Shown here one piece after another: positions 22,993-33,130 of a DNA stretch of 64,000 nt. This DNA is from an uncultured Planctomycetota bacterium (GTDB lineage Bacteria > Planctomycetota > Planctomycetia > Isosphaerales > Isosphaeraceae): NCBI GenBank assembly GCA_963823665.1, contig CAWGMQ010000010.1, positions 352,001 to 416,000 of the forward strand, read 5' to 3'. A program made the position numbers and the translations under genes. The notes under the pieces are model-generated. The model saw nothing but the letters and a program-made list of their open reading frames with translations. It had not been told where the DNA came from and did no database searches. How positions within the stretch are numbered: position 1 is the stretch's first letter; the number at the start of each line of letters is the position of its first letter.

Positions 22993-23223
22993 CTATTCGA
23001 TTCGCACAAGCCCGTAGTGCACATTCCGGACTCGCTTGTGGTAGTGCCGGGGCACGCTCTTCCAGGACCCGTCTGGGAACTCGATCTTGATTCGTCCATT
23101 GGCGAATACCTCTGTGACAGTCACTCGCTGTTTCCTGGCCTGCGGGGAAGCGGGAAAGTAGAACGCCGAGTCGCCGAGTTCAGGTAATGCAGCGACTTCC
23201 AGGGTCATTTCACCCACGCTCAT
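22993..23223 (-). CDS. Small hypothetical protein
   Basis: GGAGG RBS; leader motif 47 nt upstream. Confidence 0.6.
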   Translation of the reverse strand: MSVGEMTLEVAALPELGDSAFYFPASPQARKQRVTVTEVFANGRIKIEFPDGSWKSVPRHYHKRVRNVHYGLVRIE

Positions 23224-23507
23224 AACTACCTCCGTTTGAGGGGTAGTTTGCTTTCATGCCCCTCTCGTCGGTGTCGGTTGAGAAGAGACCGAACAGGGAG
23301 CACCGTCGTCGATCCGAGGCGGCTTCGAGCGTTCGCATGGGCAGCAGAATACCGCCCGCCGCTGGCCAGTCGGGAGCGATTCACGCTGCTTCTTGATCGC
23401 AGAAGCCGAGCCGCAACTTGATCGACTTGGGTGTCCCTGTCAGGTTGCCCACGATCGGGACGATTCGCACGGCGGTGTCAGTTGTCGACACTCTGTTCTC
23501 GCAGGGG

Positions 23508-24449
23508 TCATGCCTGGACAAGCTCTTCCGTTTGCTCGGGCACGTCCTCGGGCTTACGTGAGAAATCGAGGATGTAGGAAGCGGCTTTACTGGCTTGTGC
23601 GGAAGCCAAAAATATAAAACGAGGGTCGCCCTTCATGCCTCTGAGCCAAGAGGCGAGGTATGCCGTGTGGTTCGACAAGTCCTCGGAAGACGGGACGTTC
23701 AACTCACGGCAGACATAAACCCCTCCCAGTTCGGCGATCAACTCTCCGAAGCCGTACGAGTTTTCCTTGATCTTCCGGCTCCAATCGAGCCGTGACGGGT
23801 GTTCCGTGGCATGAACACATTCATGGAAAGCAGTGGCGTAGTACTCATTCAGCGACTCGAACGTCGCTTTGGACGGCATCTGGATGCAATCTCGTTTTGA
23901 GTCGTAGAACGCTCGTCCCCCGCCATAACGAAGGCTGATGCCCATGCCACACGTCGCAGCTTCGAGAGCTTCCTCTGCGGGCAGGTAATCAATTGTTAAG
24001 GGTCCGGTGCCTTCGGCCTGCTCGGCACAGAGATGGGCGAGTCCTTCCGTCTGGTCTGCGTTAAAAATCGTATACATTCTGAGTACGAAGAACCGGTCTT
24101 CGGTTTCATCACCGTTCTCGTCTCGGTCGGTCTTCGTGACCGGCGTCCAGAAGCAGATCTGCGTTCCCCAACGCCCAGGTGGCACATGACTTGGACGAGG
24201 CAGCACTCTGCCTTTCAAGTTCTTGATCTGTTGAAAGGTTCCCCACCAGTGGGAGGTAAACCCATGCGTCTGCGAGGCGAGGTCCAGCAAGATAGGATTC
24301 AAGCCCCTGTATGCCCGCTTGCTGATAATGTTGCGTTGAACGGAGTTATTGGATCGCCAAGGTCTTCGCCACGGAGGCAGCGACCCGCTCTCAAGTGCGG
24401 CGATGATCGTGTTGGTGATCTGCTCCCGAATCTGATTCTGGTTCGCCAT
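23508..24449 (-). CDS. ardC: ArdC-family ssDNA-binding antirestriction protein (DUF1738 + metallopeptidase-like domain)
   Basis: PWRRPW, YRGLN, WGTFQQ, YTIFNADQ, HECVHAT (HExxH), ELIAELG, YLASWL. Confidence 0.9.
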   Translation of the reverse strand: MANQNQIREQITNTIIAALESGSLPPWRRPWRSNNSVQRNIISKRAYRGLNPILLDLASQTHGFTSHWWGTFQQIKNLKGRVLPRPSHVPPGRWGTQICFWTPVTKTDRDENGDETEDRFFVLRMYTIFNADQTEGLAHLCAEQAEGTGPLTIDYLPAEEALEAATCGMGISLRYGGGRAFYDSKRDCIQMPSKATFESLNEYYATAFHECVHATEHPSRLDWSRKIKENSYGFGELIAELGGVYVCRELNVPSSEDLSNHTAYLASWLRGMKGDPRFIFLASAQASKAASYILDFSRKPEDVPEQTEELVQA

Positions 24450-24839
24450 GACTGCTCACCTCCGGGTTGGACGTGGTAGGTAACTCACGTCCCCTTCGTC
24501 GGTGTCAGTTCAAAAAAGAGGATGATTCCCTGAGATCGGCGAGAAGTAAGAAAGGGCTTGTCTCACAATGTGTGTGAGACGCTTTCGCTGCGATGGGATC
24601 GCCGGATAGAAACTCTGGCAAGAGAATGAGTTGAGTGGCGATGGTCTAGGTCGCACGTCAATTCAGGTACGCCAACCGGTTCCCTAGATATAGAGAAGGC
24701 GACCGCCGCAGCACGTACGCAAACCGACACCGACGTCATAGACTAGGGGGGAGCGTCGAAGAATCATTCATCCTCAGACGATTTGTAACCGCACCATGTC
24801 CGAGGTGAAAAACGCTAACACCGAGGCAAGCGGCGATCC

Positions 24840-25040
24840 GTGATCATGAGGCATCTGGACAAGTTCTTCCGGACACGGCAGATTGAGAAAGGCTTTTCCC
24901 CTCGTCAACTGGTCGCACTGGCTGGTTCCACAAACTTGAACAAAGGCACCAACCTCATCCAGAAGTTCGAGTCCGGTGGCACGATCGCACCCGAACCGTT
25001 CACCAAGCTGTGCTCAATCCTGGAGGACGTCCGTCGTTGA
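24840..25040 (+). CDS. Small HTH-like protein or remnant
   Basis: RQIEKGFSPRQLVALAG..IQKFESGG resembles an XRE HTH; divergent from the leading-region cluster. Confidence 0.4.
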   Translation: MIMRHLDKFFRTRQIEKGFSPRQLVALAGSTNLNKGTNLIQKFESGGTIAPEPFTKLCSILEDVRR

Positions 25041-25127
25041 CAGAGGCGGCAAGTCGCTGATTCAACGGGTTAGACGATCAGCGTGAATAAGAAGCCAGCC
25101 CTGTCCGCTGGTCTGGCGCAAGTTGCG

Positions 25128-25895
25128 TCACCCGATTTGCTCAATCTGAGAGTCATGCACGCCGAATAATGTCTCATCCTGAAGAGCGGCTCGGACGATT
25201 ATTGCTCGTTCTTCGACGTCCTCATCGGGAATAAGTTGCATCGCCTGAGTGGCCGTCACATACGCCGGCGATGGGTTTAGCCAAACTCGATGCTGCCAAA
25301 TCTCAAGGCCACCAGCCGGATGAACTGCCGCCACGAGCGTGCCTAACTCTTGTCTGTAGTCATGCGGATCAGCAGCGATACCAAAGAGTTGATAGACCAT
25401 GACCTTTCTTTGGACCGGCATTGAGCAGACGGATGCCGTTCGATGGAGCATTTGGTAAACGACTTGATTGACTAATCCTCGGTCAACTTGCCCGGTTGTA
25501 CCTTCTATCAATTGAATCCAATGCTGAAGAACCTGCGGCTTCCGACTGCGGGCGTTCGCTCTAGCCAGCCAAACGCCTACTGTCTCGTACATCGGCTCGG
25601 TGGACTTGCCCTCTACTCCAATGGCCGTTTGGGTCGAACGGTACATAATATCGGTGTAGGAGGGAGTTTCTCCCTGAAATGAATCGACTTGGAACTCGCA
25701 ATGGACGATAAGATCGGTTTCGAGTGGAACACTTAAGTCGTTGAACAGGTTATCGACTCTAGCCTGCTCGCTCCAGTAGAAAAGGAGTGGGACCGTCGAA
25801 CGAGTGATCTTTGCAAACTCTGCGGACGGGTAACGACCGAGTATTCCAGCGAAATCGCAGACGTTCGGTCTACCGTAGTGATATCGCATGATCAT
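25128..25895 (-). CDS. Putative PD-(D/E)XK nuclease (resembles DUF6946)
   Basis: SYTDIM..IGVEGK..EP, YQMLHR. Confidence 0.55.
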   Translation of the reverse strand: MIMRYHYGRPNVCDFAGILGRYPSAEFAKITRSTVPLLFYWSEQARVDNLFNDLSVPLETDLIVHCEFQVDSFQGETPSYTDIMYRSTQTAIGVEGKSTEPMYETVGVWLARANARSRKPQVLQHWIQLIEGTTGQVDRGLVNQVVYQMLHRTASVCSMPVQRKVMVYQLFGIAADPHDYRQELGTLVAAVHPAGGLEIWQHRVWLNPSPAYVTATQAMQLIPDEDVEERAIIVRAALQDETLFGVHDSQIEQIG

Positions 25896-26268
25896 GTTCT
25901 CGCTTTCGCTACCATGAAGTCCATGATCTCCAGATCAAAGTTGTGCTATTCGGTCTCGATCGTCTCAGTCGGAGCAGGCATTGTAGTTGCCTGCCCCCCG
26001 CATAGAGTTGAAAGACCTCACGATCGGCTTCCTCTAGCACGTCACGCACTTCCCCACATTCGCCCCAAGCAGACTACAGGATGCTTCGACATCAGCTATC
26101 ACACAAAGATAAAAGGTAATGCGTTGTTGCGTGATTATGCGAGGCATCATTAAACTCCGGGAAATGGTGGCAACATGACTCGTCGGAGCTTGCACGATTC
26201 TGTATGCCGAGGAGCCAAAGCCACAGGTGATACGCCCTCGGATATGACACCACCGCTCTTTAACGAGG

Positions 26269-27108
26269 TCAAACAATTGTATCTGGGTGTGCATCAAGCC
26301 AAGTCTTCACGCTGTAAAGCTTGATGCAATAGTCTGGGAATACCATGAGTAGGGCATACATCTCCTCGTGAGATCGAGCAGCAGGCGGATCTTGCGGGTG
26401 ACCTGCCTCATTACGACGATCTCGGATCAGATCGGCAATTTTGTTGATCAGGAGTGGACGCTCCTGAGTGCGCCATTCATCCGGAAGTTGATTCTTATTT
26501 TGCGACAGCCATTCCGTGACGGCTCTTACACGCTCAACCATGTTGCACTTCGGCGCAGTCCGCTTCCCAAAATTCGCACGAGATTGAGTATCCTGAATCG
26601 CCCCGGAGATTGCGGTGCAGACCTCAATGAATAGCATCTCCGACGCTGCCCCAAGCATGACCGCCGAAGCTAAGTAGTTTGAAGATCGGAACGTGGAGAC
26701 TGCCTCCTGCAAGTAACGGTGGATTGTGGGGCTCAATCCCCCAGTCGCTTTCTCAAGGCGTGCGAGGTATCCATCGGGGTCGTAAGGTACGGGATGACGT
26801 TCGCCGACGACCTTCAAGCCGTGATCCGTCAACGACAGAAAAGGCCACCCCGAATCCGAGTTCGGCGTTCCGGGGATCAGGATTCGATCGATGATCAGAT
26901 CCCAAACGACGTGCTTGAGGCGGTTCATGTCCGCTCTTGGAATTTCCCAGTTTGGGTCGTGGGACTTGTTTAACTCCCGCCGTAAGAGGTCGGAGACGTT
27001 ACGAACACAGTCATTCCACTGGCATCGACCCTCGTCCTTGATCGACGCCAGATGGACGAGAAGGAATGAACGCAGTTCTTCAGTCGTCATCGATCCTGCA
27101 CACCTCAA
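26269..27108 (-). CDS. Putative HEPN-domain protein
   Basis: EAVSTF..YLASAVMLGAASE and RNEAGH (Rx4H); adjoins the helicase 3' end. Confidence 0.6.
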   Translation of the reverse strand: MRCAGSMTTEELRSFLLVHLASIKDEGRCQWNDCVRNVSDLLRRELNKSHDPNWEIPRADMNRLKHVVWDLIIDRILIPGTPNSDSGWPFLSLTDHGLKVVGERHPVPYDPDGYLARLEKATGGLSPTIHRYLQEAVSTFRSSNYLASAVMLGAASEMLFIEVCTAISGAIQDTQSRANFGKRTAPKCNMVERVRAVTEWLSQNKNQLPDEWRTQERPLLINKIADLIRDRRNEAGHPQDPPAARSHEEMYALLMVFPDYCIKLYSVKTWLDAHPDTIV

Positions 27109-30100
27109 TAGATCTGAATCAACGAATTCTGAGAGGTCACCGAATAGTTGCTCGTACTTCTCGATCCGGCATTTCGTGCTTGTACCAACTGTCCGAGCGC
27201 CTCGCCCAGCTTGACCTTCGCTAGCTCGAAGCGGCGGGTCAGCACATCGGGATAGGTTTCACGAAGGCGGATGTAGTTCGGGTCGTCGGATCTCGGCTGC
27301 ATGTCCGAGACATCGACGAGCTTCAGGGCACCGGCGAAGGGGATTTTGTGGCGTTTGAGGCGACGGATCGCCTGGTCGGAAAAGTCAAGCGGCATGACCT
27401 CACCATCATCAAACAACCCACGGTTCGCAGTTTGGGCAAGCTCGACGTAAGCCGCTTGAAGGAGTAGCTGCCGGATGGTTTCCTTGAGCGAGGCGACGTG
27501 CGCCTTCTGGTTCTGCTCGGCAACCAGGGCGTCTTGGGCACCGTACCGCTCGATCGCTTCGAGGAAGCGTCCCCGTATCTGAGCCAACTGGTCGGCTGAG
27601 AGCTTCGGCGGGGAGGCGTCATCCAGTTGCTTTCGCAGTGAGGTGAGGGAAAGGATGGGCTCGGTTTCACCATCCTTCATTGGTCCGTAATACCCGACCA
27701 AGGGAACTGGCTCTCCCACCTGACACCGTGCCAGCAACCCGTCCGATTCCCTCGCAGTCGGTGGCTCTACAGCTTGCAAGATCTCGTCCAAGAGTTCGGA
27801 GCCGAATGACAGAAGGGTCAGCGTATTGGGGTGATCGTCGAATAACTCGGGATTGAACGTGACCTCTTGGTCCTCTCCGTTCCAGTCCAGCAGGTGCGCC
27901 CTGGGATCGATGGATGCGGACGGAACCGTGAGCCCAGGGCCTTCGATTGAATGAGGGCCCGTTCCATTTCCGTCAGCGTCAGGGGCACGGGCAGATCCGC
28001 AGGGGCTTCCACGGCGTCACCGGAAATTCTGTCGAGCCCAATGCCGGTGGTTTCCCCCTGCCCGACCATGCGGTTGATTTCTTCCACCTGGTCCCGAATC
28101 AGAGCCTCCCGCTGTTCGTCACCAGCCATGACCGCCGACTCGATAGCACGGGCGACCCGACTGAGGATCGGCTGAAGTTCGCCCACGACGTTCTCGAACG
28201 AACCGATTCGGTCGTCGAGGCGCTGGTAGATCGTTGCTTCGACGGTCTGATCGTAAAAGTAGTTGCGGACCCAGACCCGTGAGTAAACCTGTCCGATGCG
28301 GTCGATACGTCCGATCCGCTGCTCGACCCTCATGGGGTTCCAGGGCATGTCGTAATTGATGAGAACGCCGCAAGTCTGGAGGTTGAGACCTTCGGATGCG
28401 GACTCGGTGCAGAGGAGGATCTTGACCTCCGTGTGCTCCCGGAAGGCGTTCTTGATGTTCTCCTTGCTAGTCCCCGACCAGGCTTTGCCATTCCACTGCT
28501 CGCCGCCCCGGCCGCTGTAGCAGGCGACCTGGGCACCGTAAACCTGACGGAGCTTGCCACGCAGGTAGTCCATTGTGTCGGTGTATTGAGTGAACACGAT
28601 CACCGAGTCCCGCCACTTCAAGAACTCGTTGAGCTGCTGGACAAGCCGCTGGAACTTGCTGTCGGTGCCGATAGTTCTCAGCCCGGTAAGAAAGTCCTCG
28701 ACGTACTGGATCTCGCCTTGGAAGAGCTTGCGGGTCTCCGAGGCCGCAAACGCAAAGGTCTCCGTCACGTCCGATTCGAGGTCGTCTTGGTCGGTGTCGT
28801 CGTCGTCGGTCAACGATGTGTCCATGCCTTTCAGGAACTCAAGCCGACGCTCTAGGCTCCGCTGGATGGCGTAAAAGCTACTCGTCAAGCGGCGGCGGTA
28901 GACTGTCATGATGAAGCCGAGTCCTTTCCGCTCGGCTTCATATTTCTGGTAATTATTGCGGATGTACTCTTCGATCTGGTCGTAGAGGGTCTTCTCCTCC
29001 GACCTCATTTCGATCCATTCGGACTTGGGGTCACGGTAGGGAACGCTTTCCTTGAGAAGCCCCTTCTCGTGATAGAGCCGCAGCAGACGCCGGGTGTTGC
29101 GGAAGACGAACCGCTGGAGCGGCGTGTGCGCCCGTGCTACCGCCACCAGGAGCTTGCGTCCGTTAGCGTCGAGCCCCCTGATGGTCGGCTCGGGGTTGGA
29201 CGACCACGGGAGGTTCTTGATTTGATCCCAGATGACCGGTCCCACCGACCGCTCGGCGTCTTCGCAGAAACGATCGTCCCACTGCCCGCCCGTGCCGAAA
29301 AAATCTCGCAACATGGCGAGCAAAAACACCCAATCCATGTCAGCGAAAGGAAGGCGGAACTGCTGGAAATAGCGGACGAAGTTCTCCTCCCCGGCACCCC
29401 AGCGACCGCCCATCCCCAGGAGCTTCAGGAGATCCCAGACCTCAATCGGGTCGATCTGCATCGGGGTCGCCGTCAGTAGTAGCAACCCCTTTGTGCGATC
29501 CTTCAGTCCCGGCTTGGCGTTTGTGCCCTGGAGCAGTTCGAGGAGGCGGTTGGGGCGGTACTGCTCCCGGTTCAGGAAGTCTTTGCGACGGGCGTGGTGC
29601 GCCTCATCGACGACGATCAAGTGCCAGGGTTGAGCCTCGCCCAACTGATCCTGGCGTTCACGCCGCTTCGCTAGGTGACTGGACGCCAGGAACACCGGAT
29701 GGGCGTCCCATGGGTTGGTTCCCGTGGGCACCTTTAGCGCCCTGCCGAATACGTCGTAAAATGCGCTACCGTCGTATCGGGGGATGTTCAGGACGAACTT
29801 CTCGTAGAGTTCCTCCTGCCACTGAACCAGGACGCTCTTCGGAACCAGGATGAGCGCTCGCTTGACCCTCCCCGAGAGAATCAACTGGCGGATCGCCAGA
29901 CCCGCTTCCACAGTCTTTCCCAGACCCACTTCGTCGCACAGCATGAACGAGTGGGGAAACCGTTCGATCACCGCATCGCTCACCTTGATCTGGTGGGGCC
30001 ACGGTTGGACCGTGCTTGTTGCCATTCCGAGACGATGGGCGTTCAGGAGGTGAGGCGCATCACGAAGGAACTGGAAGACGATCCGCTCCTTCTGCGTGGC

Positions 30101-30868
30101 GTCGATCGGCGGTCGAACGGGTGGTGGTTTGACCGGAGCCTCGGGCTCGCCTACCTCTCGGGTGGGCGGCGTCATGGTGCGGTACTTGAGAAGCTCTAGC
30201 TTGACCGCCTCGGGTATCGGTAAGGCGATCCAGTCTTTCTCCTTGCCCTTCCAAAGCTTGTCGAACTTGATCTGGATCTGCCCGAGAAAGGGCTGGCTGG
30301 TGTCCCAAGAACGGAAGACCATGAAGGACTCGTAGTTGTCCTCTAGGGCGGTGGCGGACTCGTTTACACTGCCCGAGAAGCCGACTTGATTTCCCTCGGC
30401 GTCGGTGAAAAGCCCCTCTTTGGGGTGATAGTAGCTTTCCGTCTGAGTGGCGGGCAAGGGCGTCCGATTTTCGTCCGTGGGCAGGACGACCTTGATCTCC
30501 ATCTGACCGGAGCCGACGAGCCACGCCAAGGCTTCAAGGCGTTTCTGGACGAAGGTACTCTCCGGGATCGCCCGGTACGTCCTCACCATGTTCAGCGTCA
30601 GAGTGGCTTCCAGGTCAGCTTCGCCCTTGCGGATCGCCTCAACGTCCTCATCGGAGAGTTGCGCTCCGCACAACAGCCGCATCTTGCCGCCGTTTGCGAT
30701 GAGACGTGTCACACCCGCCGCCGCCACGGCAAGCATGGTGCTGGAGAAGTAGCCTGCGGAGCGGTCGTAGCGGATCGAGGCGGCAAGAGCCGGGATGAAG
30801 AAGGCACCGAGCCGGTCATCACTCGGCCCGTAGGCGATGTGAGGTGGGAGATCCCGGAGGTTCGTCAT
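27105..30868 (-). CDS. PLD nuclease-SNF2 helicase fusion; frameshift near 27900 joins ORFs 27818-30868 and 27105-27791
   Basis: HPKEG..D..GSVNE PLD motif; CDEVGLGKT, VDEAHH, LTATP, SEGLNLQ, PWNPMRVEQRIGRIDR. Confidence 0.9.
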
Positions 30869-30874
30869 CGCAAA

Positions 30875-31426
30875 TTATCCGCTCTCATCAACGGGAATCG
30901 CATCGGAGGTTGGCTTAGCCTTGACCCTTCGCCAGTGCTTGAGTCCGTCAAGAATTCTCAGCAGATTGGACGACGCCCCTGAATCTCCCTGTGCGTAGAG
31001 CACCTTTGCGAGTAGCGGAATGATCTCTTTGAATTCGTCCAGGTCAAAGTCGGACTTCATGTCGTTAATTGCAGCAGCAACCACGAGCCATCCGCCGTGC
31101 CCTTTTCCTGGGGCGGTATGTTCCAAGGTCGGATAGCGGGGAGATTCCGGTGAATCCGGCCGCAATGGCACCCCGCTCAACATGCAGCGAAAGCAGCGAG
31201 CATCGCTATCCCAAGAAGTGCGGAGCACGTCGAACCATTCACGACGAGATGGGATCTCGACGATTCTATCTCGCTTGCTACCTCGCCTCTTGTTGAACGA
31301 ACGAAAGACCAGATTGCCACACGGCTCGCATAGTGCAATCCGGGCACCCTTTCCCTTCCCAACGGAACGGCTGCGCTCTACTTCCGGGGTTGCGCGAATA
31401 GCGCAAGTATTCTGGGACTTTGGCAC
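30875..31426 (-). CDS. HNH-like nuclease
   Basis: RCMLSG..PTLEH..INDMK pattern plus N-terminal Cys residues; sits between methylase and helicase. Confidence 0.55.
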   Translation of the reverse strand: MPKSQNTCAIRATPEVERSRSVGKGKGARIALCEPCGNLVFRSFNKRRGSKRDRIVEIPSRREWFDVLRTSWDSDARCFRCMLSGVPLRPDSPESPRYPTLEHTAPGKGHGGWLVVAAAINDMKSDFDLDEFKEIIPLLAKVLYAQGDSGASSNLLRILDGLKHWRRVKAKPTSDAIPVDESG

Positions 31427-33130
31427 CCTTACTCCTCCGACTCTTCGTCCTCGGCGTCTTCGTCAAGTTCCTCGTCGGCAACGTCGCCTTCCTCTTCATC
31501 GACATCGGTCATGCCTGGCAACAAACCAGTCTTTTCGATCTTGGGTATCTCCTCCTCGGGCGGTGCGGGGAGGTCTTCCCAGACCAGCAACCGCAGAGCA
31601 TCGAGAATGGTCATCTCGGGGCGCAGAAACTTACCGTCCTTGCCTCGGGTCGTGGGAATCGCCTGCATCGCCGCCTGCACGAGTGCCTTGATCCGGCTGT
31701 CGTTCCGCAGCCCAAGTCGGTCGATGAAGACTTGGCACGCTTTCGAGCCGTCCTCCTCGTAGACCAGCATCGCCGTATGCAGGGCGTCGATCAGATGCGT
31801 GAATGACTCGGATTCCGGGTCCACCACGCCCTTCTTGCGCCGGGTCGTCGGGAGAGCGATCGTGACGTTCTTGCCTTTCTTCGTGACGAGCCGTTTGTCA
31901 CGGATAAGATGCGCTTCCAAGTCGAGCCCGAGAGCCAAGGCGAGCTTGCGAGCCTCGTCGGCGGGAAATTCCTGGGCACGGAAGGCGTCCCACGCCATGA
32001 GATACCAGTCGGTCACTGGGTCGAACTCAACGGAGCGACCGAGCAACAGTCCCTGCTTTCGCAGGCTAATAACCTCACTACGGGCCAAGTCAAGGGCTTC
32101 ACCCGGCAGGAGCGGGACGGGGTCGCCGGTCTTGGGATCGGTATTGCTTGTCAAGACAGGCCAATGTTCTGAGATGATCGAGAGCACGGGACCGAAAGTG
32201 CTGATGTAGAGATCGACTCCCCGAATACCTTCTCGCTCAAACCGCTTCGCAGTTTCACGGGCGGTCTCTCTCACCTGGCCTTTGAGATCGTCCCACCAGG
32301 CGGATTCGCCCGAGGCTTCTCTCTTCCGACAAACGAGAAGAATTGTGCTGGCGGCAGCGTTTTTCTTTGCTTGGTGGAGGCTCGCCTCGCTCTCGGTGTG
32401 GACTGGCCAGGAAGCATCGATGCGGAAACCGGCACGCATCAACGAAGATCCGAGCGTGTCCCATGCTTGCACTTGTTTGTGAGTGAACATGACGGTCAGC
32501 ACACCATCTGGGTGCAAAATCCGGTCCATCTCCTTGAAGCAGGCGAACATCTTGTTCTCGTAGTCCGCAGTCGCCAAGGGCTTGGCTTTCTTGCCCATCG
32601 ACTTGAAGCGAGCCGCATTCATTACGGCCTCGTCTTCGTCATTCGTGAGTTCGGACGAGAAAAGGTGAGGGAACTGGTCGCCTAGCGTCCGCTTCATCCA
32701 AATGTAGAAGAAGTTGGAGCACTCGGAGTACATCACATTGTCGTAGTACGGCGGATCAACACAGATGCATCGGACTTGTCCCTTGCCCACTTCGCTCATC
32801 GCTTGCGCCGGTCCAGTCTCGATTCTCAGGCGATGGACAGGCTGCTGGATTCCTGTTGAGAGCCACGTGTCCTGTGGGAAGGAAGACAGTTTGACCAATC
32901 CCTGAGTCGCATCGCAAACCTGAGAAACCGTCCACGGAAGCAGGTTCCGGCTCGAATCAAATTCAGCGAAGCTCCAACGCATGCTGAGGTCATGGCGAGC
33001 GAACGAGTTGACGATCTTGTTCCTCGTGCTATCCCACCGTACCTGTTTGGAGTTGTAGTCGGCTGACTTGCCGATTGCGAGAGTTAGATAGGTTCTGACT
33101 GCGGCGAAGCGATCTGGAGCAAGTTCTCTT

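Larger units (their letters stand above)
16629..24508 (-). repeat. Dispersed gene-leader motif YGACAC-N12-YGTGA, often with a hairpin (~19 copies)
   Basis: GGTGTC cores on + strand at 16629, 17520, 17795, 18099, 18486, 19009, 20000, 20225, 20988, 21152, 21216, 21274, 21427, 21827, 22277, 22939, 23270, 23474, 24501; further copy at 62452. Confidence 0.85.

Noticed and set aside
16629..24508. Leader repeats as a CRISPR array or integron attC cassette array
   Set aside because: Repeats are degenerate and separated by whole genes of variable length; there are no cas genes, no RYYYAAC/GTTRRRY ends and no IntI-type integrase
17520..24508. Leader motif as a sigma54 or standard sigma70 promoter
   Set aside because: Lacks the GG-N10-GC of sigma54 and a consistent TANNNT 16-18 nt after the TGACA-like box
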